Assembly: GCF_001949145.1 (NCBI RefSeq)
Contig: NW_019091359.1
Span: 3,076,861 to 3,140,860, forward strand
Source of the DNA: Acanthaster planci
Taxonomy: Eukaryota
DNA: 64,000 nucleotides
Direction: 5' to 3'
Within the stretch, counting starts at the first letter, position 1, and the number at the start of each line of letters is the position of its first letter. The notes below the pieces were generated by a model. The model saw only the letters and a list, made by a program, of their open reading frames with translations, did not search any database and was not told the DNA's origin. Shown piece after piece: positions 1 to 13,100 of this stretch. The translations under genes and the position numbers were made by a program.

Positions 1-700
1 AACTGTTGGTGATCGCCTTAAGTTTTGGGAGTACGTTGCAGAAGAGGTATGATTTACCTGCCTCAAATTCTGATGATGGCTTTATTCTTGCAGAACTTTT
101 TAGTAATCTTGCATTAGGATATTTTGATAAAGTAAAAGTAAATTAATGTTAACAATCAGCAAGATTTTTCCAGAATAATTCACATCAAGACACTTTGGTG
201 CTTGTAGCATTGTGTGAGTGGAAAATAATCATGATTGTACTCCGCTGTTAAAATGGAACAAGAGTTTTCATGAAAGAAAAGATGTATGTCATGAGATTAA
301 AAATGTTAAAAGATGACAGTTATTGCTACATGAACAACAGAAATGATGGTCTAGTCTTCTGACGAGTGGTTTTTCAATGCCGCCGTTGTTTATGTGCAGA
401 CAGGGAATTCTAGCTTAATTGATTACGTATTTTGGTAATGGTCGCATCACGAGTGAAGGTGAAGTTCCAAGAGCATATGCTCCTAATGACATTACCAGTT
501 ATTCCATTGTTGTAAATACTTTACTGACTTAACATGAAGTTATGAAATGCTAAGTGCTTAGCTGGAAGAATTCCCATAACGTTTCTCTGGTCCTGACACA
601 TGATACCTGTTTGTATACCCTTCTTCAAGTCCACATTGTACGTGTACATATTTTATTGTACCATGGAAGAATGAACAGAGTGGGAACAGTGGATGTTTCC

Positions 701-773
701 CTGTCCTCAGTTGTTATTCTGTTGTCCTCAGTTGTTATTCTGTTGTCCTCAGTTGTTATTCTGTTGTCCTCAG
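701..773. repeat. 21-bp tandem repeat, about 3.5 copies
   Basis: Unit ttgtcctcagttgttattctg seen directly; explains the SSVVILL repeat in ORF 554-802. Confidence 0.9.
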
Positions 774-1189
774 TGGTAAGTGGCAGTGTTTCATCTACAT
801 AGTAAACATAATTTTCCTAGCGTTCCTCCACTGTATGGGATAGTTCTATAGATTTAAAGTGGAGGAATAACAGGAAAAACTATGCCATCATAGGAGAACA
901 TGACTTGGTGCTCAGTAATTTTAAGTGTGCAATTTCATTGGTTCTTTATATGGGTGCCTGGCAAATTCCTGACAAGGCATTCTACGGTGCCCCCTGGAGA
1001 GGGGTAGCTTCAGGTCAGACTTAGTCTGTGAGGTGACACTTTTTCCTTAGACACTTTTGAACTCACAGGGTGGTGTTTGCTCTGAACAAAGTGCAGTCAC
1101 ACCCTACCAGATTCCTGAAGCTAAGGTCATCATGTTGATTATTTTGATCACTTGCTGTTTTGTAACTTTTTTGGTCTTTTCCCTTGCAG

Positions 1190-4100
1190 CTGCAAAGCCT
1201 CCAGTTGCACAGAAACCTCTAATTTCCAAGAAGCCTGCTGTAAACACTGGTCAGGATGGTACAACCAACAAACCAAATGTACCTCCCAAAGTAACCCTTG
1301 GCAGTCCACCAAGAACGATACCTAAACCTCTCAAACTTCCACCCAAAGCCTCGGAACAGCCTAACAGGGACAACATCTATGATGAAGTCTATCACGAGGA
1401 GACAATAGAATCTGAGCCATCAAGTTACAGTCACGACAAAGCATCGTCTAAGAAGCTAGAGAAAATTTTGGGGCCAGACTTTGCTACAAGTGATCCAGCC
1501 AGGCCCAGCATCGAAAGAGATATAAAACCTGTGAAGGGCAAACAACCGATGGATCCCCGATCTAGGAAGATCTCTGCACCTGCTCGACCAACAACGGATG
1601 ATGGGCCATATGCAGTCATACCACTCCCAGATGCAGACAAGACAGCCACGAAGAAGACCAAAAACTCAGCCGAGCAGAAAGCCAGAGAGATCTCAGATGG
1701 CAATGGTAACAAGGTGGTGCTACGGAACTCTGGTGGCATGTCCAGTGGTGATTCGGGAATTGTGGGTTTGAACACTGATATGTTAGTGAAGCGGGGTATA
1801 AGCCGGAAGGAGAGACGCATGTCCCGTAGGATACTCAGGCAAACAATCAGATCAATGGACTCGGATTTCATGGAGGATTCGGACGATGAGCCAATCGGTG
1901 TGGACTCTGATTTTGACTCGGATACTTCTCTGGAAGAACCAGCTGTGTTCATGGATGAAAGTCACAAGACAGCCTTTGAGGTTCTCACAACAGAGCGAAC
2001 CTACGTAGACACTTTGTACCTCATTAATGAAGTGAGTTCGTGATTGCACTTTGTACCTCATTAATGAAGTCAGTTTGTGATTGCACTTTGTACCTCATTA
2101 ATGAAGTCAGTTCGTGGTTGTTTAAGAGTGCATTTTTATTTGCAGTTCACAGAACAATGGTAACTAAAGATTTTGTGACATCAATCAGGTATGGGACATA
2201 TCTGGAATAAGTTGAGTTACAAACCTTGGGTTAACTAGTAATTAATTCACAAGAAACATGTATCTGATTCGAACTTTCTCTGAGCAATCCAAGTCATGTG
2301 AAATTGATCTTTTCTATAAGAGTGGTAGTTCTGCAAAGAACCAATGAGTGTAAACGTGATGTGCGGCACTCAACGGTTACTTTCAGAAATGCCACTCTCT
2401 GTAGAAGAGATTGATTTCACACGGTGTACCCACAAACCCTCTCTTAGTCTATGGTCCACCATGCAAAGTTCCAAATCTTACTAACCCTTACTTGTCCAAT
2501 CTAAAACCAAGATGCTATGCATAGACATTGTCATGTGAAAAGGGGCATTAATCATTCAGTTTCCCATCTAGGATTAAATGAGCCACAAGACCACTTACTT
2601 GACTGATGCTGGATACATTCTGTCAAGAATTTACAGAACTTTAATCATTCAACAGAGTCCAAACCCGTTTGAGGTTTTAAACATTTGTTTTCACAAGTTG
2701 GCCAACCCCACGTAATAAGTTTGGCAGCTTCGATTTATGAAATTCCCCAGTGCGGTCCAGCAGTGTTCTTAAGTTTTTCATTGTTTTCTTTGGTCAGATA
2801 TTTTTGAAAGGAATTGAGAAAGAGAATCAGAAACAACACTGGTTTCCACCAACCGTTGTCAATGAAATCTTCTCTAACATCTCATCAATCTACCGGCTTC
2901 ATTCGGCAGTGTTACTACCTGACTTAGATGAGAGATTAAAAGATTGGTGAGTGCCAACATAAAACAGAGTGTAGTCAATTTCAGGAAAGGTAGAAGTTTA
3001 ACCATGTTCTGCTGGGTGCTTTTAAAAATGCAGTGCCTACATACAGGTGATTTTCAATATCTTCAGTTTTCAAAAATCTTCAACAATTCTTTTTTTTTCT
3101 TGATGCCTAAACCCCATGGAGTGTTTGTTTGGTGGCTACTCTAATCAGACTGACAATTTCTATTGATGTCAGAGTATTCAGCCAGGCCTGCCCCCTTGTA
3201 AAAAGAGCCCAGACGGTGCGGTGTTACATAAGTTTCTTTTGTTCCCGAAACGGGCACAGTGTGCTTCTGGCATCTTTTAAATACGAGCCAGATTAGCGTG
3301 CAGCGGTAGTGTATTGCTCATCTCTAGAGTGCTGGAGGGCTTTTGTCCCCGTTGGTAATCCGCTCGTGCTGAATGCCACAAACAGTGGTATAATCTTTCA
3401 AAACAATGACGGATTTCCTACGCTGTTGACAACTGAAAAATTGCGGGAAATTCCCAACAGCTCTGTCTTTTGTCCAATTTCGGGTACCCCGGCTATGCAT
3501 ACAAAAAAAAAGGTTCCCCGGCAGGATATGGTTAAGTTAGCTAAAGTGATGATCTGGCAAGATTTAAGACATACATGTATCAAATTGAAAAAAGAATTAT
3601 TACCTAAAACTGGATTTGGAATTTTCTCTTAAAAGTTCTGAGTCATGCTGAATGGCCCTGTTTAGGTTATAAGGTTTTTAGTTCTGGTTTCCTTCCCACA
3701 GTTTTCTCTTAATTTCCTTTTGTTTGAGCTTAAAGTAACAATCAACGATACTCTCAATTGCCAGTAAGTTTAGCAGTTGTAATTAATTTGAAATTTCAGT
3801 TACTTCAGATCAGTTAAGAAAACCTTGCTGCATGGAAATTAAGTTAAGCAGACATTGTTGCATGGAACGCTCCTTAAAACTAAGCAACAAAATATTCACC
3901 GAACCCTCAATCTGCATTGTCTATTTCTTTAGTGTCCAATTCCTTTCAGGAAATTGATCGAGACACATGCAGACTAGTTTCGGGTGGTAAATTATCACAT
4001 TTACTTTCAGGAGAGGGATTACATTTTTCAATGAGCTTGTGTTACTGTTACTGCTGTTGAATAGTGATTAAATGGAGGTCCTGTCTTGAGGCTCTGTGTT

Positions 4101-7100
4101 TTGCAAAATGAACTTGCAAAAGCCTCTTCATAGGTCATTTCACAATACCAGTCACAAGTTCTTAAACAAGACCAGTTATAAGTAACAGGGTCAATAGTGA
4201 CAAAAGAATGCTTTTGTTACAGTTCATTTCACTGGCTTGTGACTTGGCTATGACTTCTGGTGAGCTTTTGTTGGACCTGTGGAGATTTGTGAAGGACTTG
4301 ATTACAATACTGCTTATATACATACACCGCCATTTTGAAATGGTTACATCTAAATCAGCCCTATTTACATCTTATAAAAATCACAACAGCTTAATGTCAG
4401 TGAGAGTCGGAAGACATTAATTCATATTGTTAGATAAAAAACGGATGACAGGGAAGGGAGAGTAGTCACACTTGGTATTAGCTCCTTGAGACATTGCGGA
4501 TATGAGAAGGAAAGTTTCATCTTGGTAATTCAGTTAGGAAGTAGACACCTACAGTGCCTTGAACTGGCTCAAATGGCTTGTCTGTTTTTTATCTAAGCAT
4601 AAAAGGGTATGGTAGCTGCTCTAACAGACATACATGTAGCTTTGAAAATTTGGACAGTAAGCTCATTTCGAACAAGTATATTCAGTCTTGAATGCTACTG
4701 AAATCTAGTCTTGTCTCGTTACATCTATGTGAATTTGTAAAGCGTTTCACAAAAGTTAAACCCAAAAGTTCACTACTGGGTTTGGAAGTTTATGAAAGTA
4801 TAATTTCTAGGCTTTCTATGCAGCAAGTGAGCAGATAGTGTTGTGAAATAACATCTGTCTTGTAATGTTTGTTGGTAGCCGACTGGGCAATATCTAAGCA
4901 GGTTTAGTTGATCATTGCTCTTGCGTGGACCCCTACCAGTAGTAATAATAATGAATAGCTTACAACATACAATCTGAAGTACCCATTTCCAACAAACAAG
5001 TGTTTTAGGGACTACATTAATATTACCCCTGCTCATCAAGCCAATAAATCAGTCTGAAGCCATCCTAATTCTCAGAGGAGCAAGTAGTCTCTTGCTGTAA
5101 GCTGTTCTGGTACAGTGGGTTAATTTGCACAAAGCCACCTACCGTACCTTCAAAAGCTTGCATATTCCCCCAACTGGAGAGAGAGGGATGTGAAAGAAGA
5201 TATCTGTGTTTGAGTAGACACGGCAAGTAAAATTAATACCAAGATCTTAAGTTTTGGTGCTTCTGGACGTTGAGCCAAAATGCCCTCACAAGCAGACAGT
5301 AAGTGAGTTGTTTCTGATTTTGGTTTGTTAGGGAGAGGAATCCATGTCTGGGTGAGGTCTTGAAGAAGAATGCCCCCTTCCTTAAGCTGTACTCTGACTA
5401 CGTCAGTAACTTTGATAATGCCATGAAGCAGTTGAACCAGTGGATGTCCAAAGTGCCTAAATTTGCTGCCACTGTGTCACAATTACAGGTGAGCATCTGT
5501 GATCATTCATGGAAGTAGGCACATGAATGATGCAACGTGTGTTGCCATAACAGCCAGCTTTTAGGCTTCTCCTCTCTATCAGTTGAGAGGAAACCTTCAA
5601 ACTTGGCTTTACAAGTTTGCATCTACAGTAAATGAAAGAATAAACACACTAACTTCGGAAAGAAATGAAGCACAACATATCAATTGTTACATTTAGAAAC
5701 ATGAGCATTTTGCCAACTGTCATGAGTGAAATTTGAATCGTTTTAAATTCCATTTTTATTTGCTTGCCAACTCCTGGTTTATACCCAACCTCGCCGCAAA
5801 AGTGATTTCCTTCCTCTCTAGCATCTGCTACAGAACCTTCACTCTGAAAACTTGTTACATTGCCCCACAGGCAAGGAGGAAAAAGCCAATAAAAACGAGA
5901 GAAAAAGAAAAAAAGTGGGAGAAACAAGAAAAGGGAGAAAAGGAGACAACAATCACCTCTTTGTTTAAAATGTGTCAGAATCAATGCCCTTCCATTGTTA
6001 CCGATTTATTAATTTTGCTGCTTACAGGATTTTCATTTCCTCTTCCCCCTTTCCCCCAGAAAGTCTACTTGTAACACAGGAGCATGTTGAATGCTTGATG
6101 ATGCACAGAATATAAGTGAAAATGCTTTTGTGTAATTCACACCAGCAAATTTTCCCGTGTGCGTGCCTGTCAACTGTCAAGTAAATTATTTCACTTTCAT
6201 GTCTGCGTATTAATAATAAACGTACGATGTATATCTCCACAGAATCATGAACTGTGCGGAAATCTTGCCTTGCAACATCACATGTTGACTCCAGTACAAC
6301 GGATACCCAGATATGAACTTCTCCTAAAAGGTGTGTTAAGTATCAAATACAGATAAACGTGTGTGTGAAATGTTGGCCCAGTTTTCCTTTAAATTTGCCC
6401 AGCGTGCAATCAATTGAGGAATTATCCTTGGAAATGACTAAATAGGGCAGGATCTCTGATTTATAACCACCACCCTGTGACATTCTACATGATCTTTCAA
6501 GTTTGGAACCTGTTACATATCCCCACCTGCGTTGTGGCTGTGAGCGATGACTAACACCAAGGTTGAACGTTGCCATCTGGATACGTGTATGTTTGCCAGC
6601 TTTTGTGAAGCCACATATCGGAGGATGGAGGGGGGGGGTTTGAGGGGTGGATATCGAGGGAAGGGAGGGAGGGTGTCAAAGACGGAAGGGGAGTGATAGG
6701 GTGGTGTTTTTACTGACTGGACCCCCTCCGTAAAATTGTCAACGAGAAGTCTGACTTTGACGTTAGTTGAGTCTTGTAAGATGTCACTTGCTGAAGTCCC
6801 AGATTAGGTTTGAGGTGTCTCCTTGATTGAACCCCTTGACGACGGGAATTTCTTCCCGGAAGCCGACTCCAAGAATTCCAGCCTCGCTTGGCCATGAAAG
6901 CCACCTGCCAAACTGCAAATTCTCGGTTTGTGGCCCAGTGTGCTCTGCATGCTTTGAATTACACGGTGAAAAGGCTGATTGTTCGGTGGCATCCGGCTCT
7001 ACTCACGCTTCCACATTCCCGTTGCCTCTTTTCAAAGTGGGGACTATTGTGAAGCTAGTTATTATGATGCAAATTCGGTCTTTTCATTTCTGGGCTACGT

Positions 7101-10100
7101 ACAAAGACCAATGACCACATATACAAGAGCCAGGGTCTGCCTTCTTTCACCATGTTCGCTCGAGCGTGGGCCGAGAATAATAGCTGAAAGCAGGCTGAGG
7201 ATCTCAATTTTTATGGCGGCTATAGCCGCCTCCCGGTGCGAAGGGGTTAATCTAACCATTGTGTTGAAATTGATGGAGAGGGACTGTGGGCGACTTCGAG
7301 ATGCCTGATGGCAGCAAACATACCAGCCTCATGTGACCAGTCCACTGTTGTTTGCATCACGCTAGAGTTGAAGTGCACATGCTCAAAATGACGCAGACAG
7401 TAGGAGCCTGATCTCATTGGACTGGTATGTTTTTGCCGTCAACAAGCATCTGACAATCTCTTATTGGAAGGGGAAGGGTAGAACATAAGCGGAGCGATAC
7501 TCCTGTTTGTAGAAACCAGGTGGTTTCCTTGGCAGTAAGAACATATTCCATGGAACTTGTCTCTATCAGCAGACACATTTTAAAGAAAGGGGGACTTGTT
7601 ACAGTTTCAGAGAGTAATATCATGAACATCATCTGTGCTGTGAAAAATACAGTGAAGAAGTTATATGTGTGATGTAATTTCATAGCTTCTGGTGACATGT
7701 ATGTGAGCATTGTGTCAGTACTAGTAAGATGGAAGGACTTTGTTCAAGTCTAATCCATGTAGGCTTATAAAGCCAATTGAAGTCATTCTTGGTAAGTTTG
7801 TCCTGGAAAAACTTCACAGGGGATGGAAATACATCTGATGAAAAGATTAAATATTTGCCATGAAACACGCAAACTTTGTTTATTTTGTTGGAGGCTGAGC
7901 TATTTCAAGGTTACGTAGAATTAATGTCACATTCCACACCATGTATAAATTCACCACCTGCTAAATGTGGGGACAATATATTTTTTATGTAACCAAGTTG
8001 ATGCAGTGAAGACATGAGGTTAAAATAGGACTGTGAAATGATGATGTTAAAAGNNNNNNNNNNNNNNNNNNNNNNNNNNNNNNNNNNNNNNNNNNNNNNN
8101 NNNNNNNNNNNNNNNNNNNNNNNNNNNNNNNNNNNNNNNNNNNNNNNNNNNNNNNNNNNNNNNNNNNNNNNNNNNNNNNNNNNNNNNNNNNNNNNNNNNN
8201 NNNNNNNNNNNNNNNNNNNNNNNNNNNNNNNNNNNNNNNNNNNNNNNNNNNNNNNNNNNNNNNNNNNNNNNNNNNNNNNNNNNNNNNNNNNNNNNNNNNN
8301 NNNNNNNNNNNNNNNNNNNNNNNNNNNNNNNNNNNNNNNTAAACATTTGTTCAGAAAGAACGCAAACTCAATATGAATGGCCTGCCTCATTCTTTTGAAA
8401 GAGATTAACTTGTATTCAGTTATTCAGTGTCTTTTGTTTGATCTCAAAACAGATTACATAAAAAAGTTACCAGACGGTTCCAAGGACAAGGCAGATGCAG
8501 ACAGTAAGATTCCCTTGTTTTGAAATCAAGTTGAAATTCTGAATGTTGTCATTTTTTTGTTCCTGCAGCTATTTGTGTATTTGTGCATTTCAGGGAAATT
8601 GTTTAGAGCCAGTTTGGCAGTCCTTGTCTTTTTTTGATCATAGAGATTTCCAAGTGTAATTGACTATTTGAGTACCCCCATGATTCCTTGCTGTGTGCTT
8701 TATGTTAGTGTCTATCCATTTCTTGATGCACAGAGGCACTGACTATCATTTCTGGAGCAGCACAGCATTCCAACGACATGATGAAGTCGATGGTAAGAAC
8801 GAGTTCATAATTCCTAATTTAATATCCTTGATTCTGATTGGATCAAAATGCCCTTCCAACTTTTTGATTCAGCGCGTAAGATGGGTATTGTTTTCCATGT
8901 GTGGACAAGAGAGGGCTCTTTGTTGCCTAGTAACAGCATCCTTTTGGAATGACACCATTGAGTAAAACTCTTCCAGATGTCTGCAACCACACAGTAGCTG
9001 TATAAATGGCATTCCATTGTAAACCAAGTTCCTCATGCTTTCACAGTTGACAGGCTACTTCACTGTAGAGCTAATTAACATTAGAAATGAATGAAAATGT
9101 ATCATGAAAAGTAAAACACCCACTCCTGCAGGCATTTCTTGAATTCACTCGGACATGTAGTAGTGTCTTCTTCAATTCATCCTTAACATATGTATGACTC
9201 ACATTCACTTCCTAAAGTTGGTACATCCTCAACCAGTAGGGTAGCAGTCAGCAGCATATGTCTATGACGAGAGACAAGAACTTCCCTTCCAATGGTTTAT
9301 CATTTGCAGGTCCCAGATCTAGCACTCATTAATGGAGGGGGGGAATGATGTAGGGGACATTGCACTTACTACGCACAACTTTAACTTACACTGAAGTTTT
9401 ATTTGATGCAAGACATGGAGTTTTTGCAGAGGTGTGGTTCTCAAAGTAAGCAGGGGTTTTTTAACATGACTGTCGGTTGCAAATTGTTACACATCTAGAT
9501 GATTGAATGTGATCTTTCCCAGCGTAAGCCCCGTGTTCTACTTGGTGGTAAAACTGAAATAGATTACATGTATATTGATTTTTGCTGTGTTAGCATGGAT
9601 GTTGATCACTCCAAAGGAGTGAGTCCTTAAACTCAGCTAAAATGTTCAGCCTCTTCAATTGTTGTGGCTTAACTACTCTGGCAGTCTTTGTTTGGATGGA
9701 ATTGTTACGGTTTTAGTGCAGAAAGAAGGTCCTGGACAATTCTCTGAAGGGTGAGATTGGTTGCATAACAAGTGTTATGTTTGCTGTGGTACAAGGGAGT
9801 TGGTACAATCCTTCAGTCATAGGCCTGAGACATCACTTTAGCCGTTGTTGTCTATTCCTGGTGGCTGAGGATGACTCATGCTAGCGAATCCAACCGGTGG
9901 TTACATGTATATTTAGCAATCCAGCAGAAATCCATATATGGGGCCATGACCGTCATGGGGCCATGACCATGGTGAGGGGGCTGGTATAACAGGTACCAGC
10001 TAAGAAGGGAGAACAGCAAAAACAGTTTACGATGTCGCCAAAACACAACTCAACTTTCCTCAAGGGGGAGAGGATGGTAGATTTGATTTCTTGCCAGTTT

Positions 10101-13100
10101 GCCCTGCACTCTGCCCCAACCCCAAACCCGGTCTTGTCCTGAGGAATTCAGGACCTTTGGTTACAAACCTTTAACCACAACAACTCGGTCTGTGACCACG
10201 TGCCTTCGCAGACAGGAAAAGTGGAATTTCCCAGACAAATTATCACCTTCCTGGTTTTTTTGGTCTTGCCTCTGACATTATGGTGGCCCCCCACCAAAAA
10301 AGGAAAAAAAAAACGTGCTGGTAGTGATTACAGTCCCAGAGGTTAACTAAATCTAGCCGGGGTATTTCTGTTTGTGGTACAATGCCGCACGGGGAACAAC
10401 ATTTCCCTTTGACTTCTTGACATTGATGTTCCTGACCGTGACTCCAGGAAGTGACAGTTTTTTGGACTTTTTTTTTTTTTTTGTAAACTGAGAGGTTGTT
10501 CCATTATTTCTCCCACTTGGGAGAGTGGAACTTTTGGACTGTATTGATTATAAATGAGTTTGATATTTGACAACACTGTGTTGGGTGTTTTGTATTGCAT
10601 TATGTTAATTTCCTATAAAACTCCTAATTATGCAGCTGTAATTCATTTCTCTTAGCCTTGATGCGAGCATAGGCAAATGCCTGAGCAGATAGTGGGAAAA
10701 AAAGTAATCTTTCAAGGCATTACCTCACTAAGAGCCCACTTTCCATTAAATATGAAAACTGTCTTGAACATAAATTTGTGCACATTAACCAACAAACAAA
10801 AACAGTTTCAATGAAAAGAGGAAACATTTCAATCCCACAATGAAAACAGGTTTTTGCCAGTATTCGAAGCAGAATAACCAGGCGAGCAACTTTTCATCGG
10901 ATCAGCTGATTTCCTTGTTTCTCACTTCACACTCATGCGCTCTCTACAAAGTCTTGTAAAGATTGGAATTTCCTTGTTTTTTTCGTCAAAGTCCAAGTTG
11001 CATGCCTGAATAACTGATAATATGGGTTTTTCAAGTGCAATTATGTTTAGAGCTAACTAAATAGCTAATAGCAGCGAATAGACTCTTCTGCCTTGTTGTA
11101 TGTGTACTTTTCCTGTGAGCAAATTAATTTTGAAATGTACTTAGCTCAGATTTGATTGAACCTGTGAAATATTGGTGTGTGTCACTGAATTGGATGACCA
11201 ACATAAAGAGGCTGTAGACCACTGAGTTCAGATCTCATTTTGTGGATCCTTTCAGTTGCCATGGATACAGGAAAGAATAAATCCCATAATCCTATGAAGG
11301 CCTTTACTTCTTATTTGCTACGCATCTCAGGATCAGTTTGAGAAGCTTTTGAAGATCAATCAGAAGATTGATGGGGAGAACATCATTGACCCAACTAGGC
11401 ATCTCCTCAAGGAAGGCAAGATAACCAAGATTGCTGCTAAGAATAAGGAGCCACAGGACCGCTACATCTTCTTGGTGAGCAGGTGGAAGACCAAAACTGG
11501 AGATGCATACTGAGGAGAAAATTTGTAGTAAAATCCCCACGCTCCAATTGGAATTCAAGTTGAAATAGATGGCTCTTAACTTTTCCTCTCTCAGCTGGTT
11601 TTGGGGCAGCTCTATAAATTTGGTTTAGGGTTGAGATTTTATGGCTTGGTTTTTATCACAATGGGTATAATGATTAAAGGGTATTACAGTGTGATTCTGG
11701 ATTGGCTAGATCACTGATTTGTAAGATAGACTCTTACCTCTTTGGGTGTATGAAGAATTATACTTGCACATACTCCATGTTGTTGCAGTAGTAGGCTATA
11801 ATATTGACTTGGAGGATTCAAGATTGTTCTAGCTAATCAGAGTGCCCTCGCTTGGTTCTAAAGGCCGATTCCTTCTTCAAACAAACAACAGTGTGAAGGG
11901 AATTCAATATCACAAAATGTCTGCAGCAAAATTTAATTGAGTAGGAATGTGTTCAACTTTTTAAAATCTGCAGTGTATTAGACCTGACATCACAGTTCTG
12001 CATACCTGTCACTTTTACATATTAACCTACTGTAAGACACAGAGAGGGCTCCCTCAACTGTTATTACTCACAGCCAATACACCTGATTCAATCATTTCTT
12101 GAATTTCTACTCACAGTTCAATGACATCCTCCTGTGCTGTGAGAAGAAACGTCTTCTGACCTCAGCCAACTACAAGGTCAAGTTGAAGATGGAAGTGGAC
12201 GGCATGAAGGTGAGTGTGAGTACTCTTTCCTGCATTTCTTTTGAAAAGCAGTTTTGTTTTGGCAAAAATTGTGCCAAAAAAGAAGTTTTACTGAATTTGA
12301 GATATGTTCATTTCCTAACAATCTTGGTTACAATTTGGTTTTTAATCAAGGATAAAAGGCTGCAAAATAGTGCTTTAGACAAAATGACAGTTGCTTTTGT
12401 TTTGGTTTGGTTGAGAGAATGTTTCTTTTCATACTTTTCTCCAAAGTGCACAAATTAAAAGAGTGTTTTATTTTCAAAAATGTAAAATGTGAAAATTGTG
12501 TTTATGAAGAAAAACAGTGCTGTCTGTATTTACCACATTGATGGTAATCATTCATTATTTTTTATCAATATTTTCAACATTTTTGGTAACTGCATATTTT
12601 GTCTCAAATGAAAGCTTCTTCCTTTGGTTCAGTTTTTGTTTGACACTGCATGAAATTTTTCAGCCAAGCAAATAAAAGAATTCAAAATGCCATCTTATCA
12701 ATATCTATCTGTATAGAAGCACAGGATTTGTCAACAGGGTTATCAAATATATTCCCAGGTTGCTGTGTCATAATGCTCTGTACTTTTCTTTAAAAAAAAA
12801 TATATCAAACATAATGTGTAAAAATTCTGTTGTTTGTTTGGCTACGAAACTGTTGAATAGAGTGTAACATGTGATGATCAACTTTGGAGGAGCATAAGTT
12901 GGGGGCATGTCAGAACTGTAGTTGGCGATATATGTTTACATCTAACTGAGTACTTAAGCATGCAAAGATTCTGCATTTAGCTGATTTTTAAAAATGTTTT
13001 CGGGGAGAAAGACACTGGTTGAATAATTTTCAGTTGGTTAATTTTTGCATGGAATATCATTTGAAGTAATGGATTTCCCCATGTTTTTGTTTGCCGTCAG

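Noticed and set aside
554..802. Hydrophobic ORF ending near a GTAAGT donor (776), as a possible FGD first exon or signal anchor
   Set aside because: The hydrophobicity comes from a 21-bp tandem repeat, and the donor is phase 0 while the next FGD exon starts in phase 1.
1057..1189. N-terminal 'transmembrane' segment of ORF 1057-2043
   Set aside because: It is the translated polypyrimidine tract ahead of the acceptor at 1188-1189; the ORF start is TTG.
1431..1952. 173-aa antisense ORF
   Set aside because: Shadow of the large FGD exon; no independent features.
7911..8390. Long ORFs spanning N runs (also 18945-19624 and 58444-58992)
   Set aside because: Artefacts of assembly gaps.
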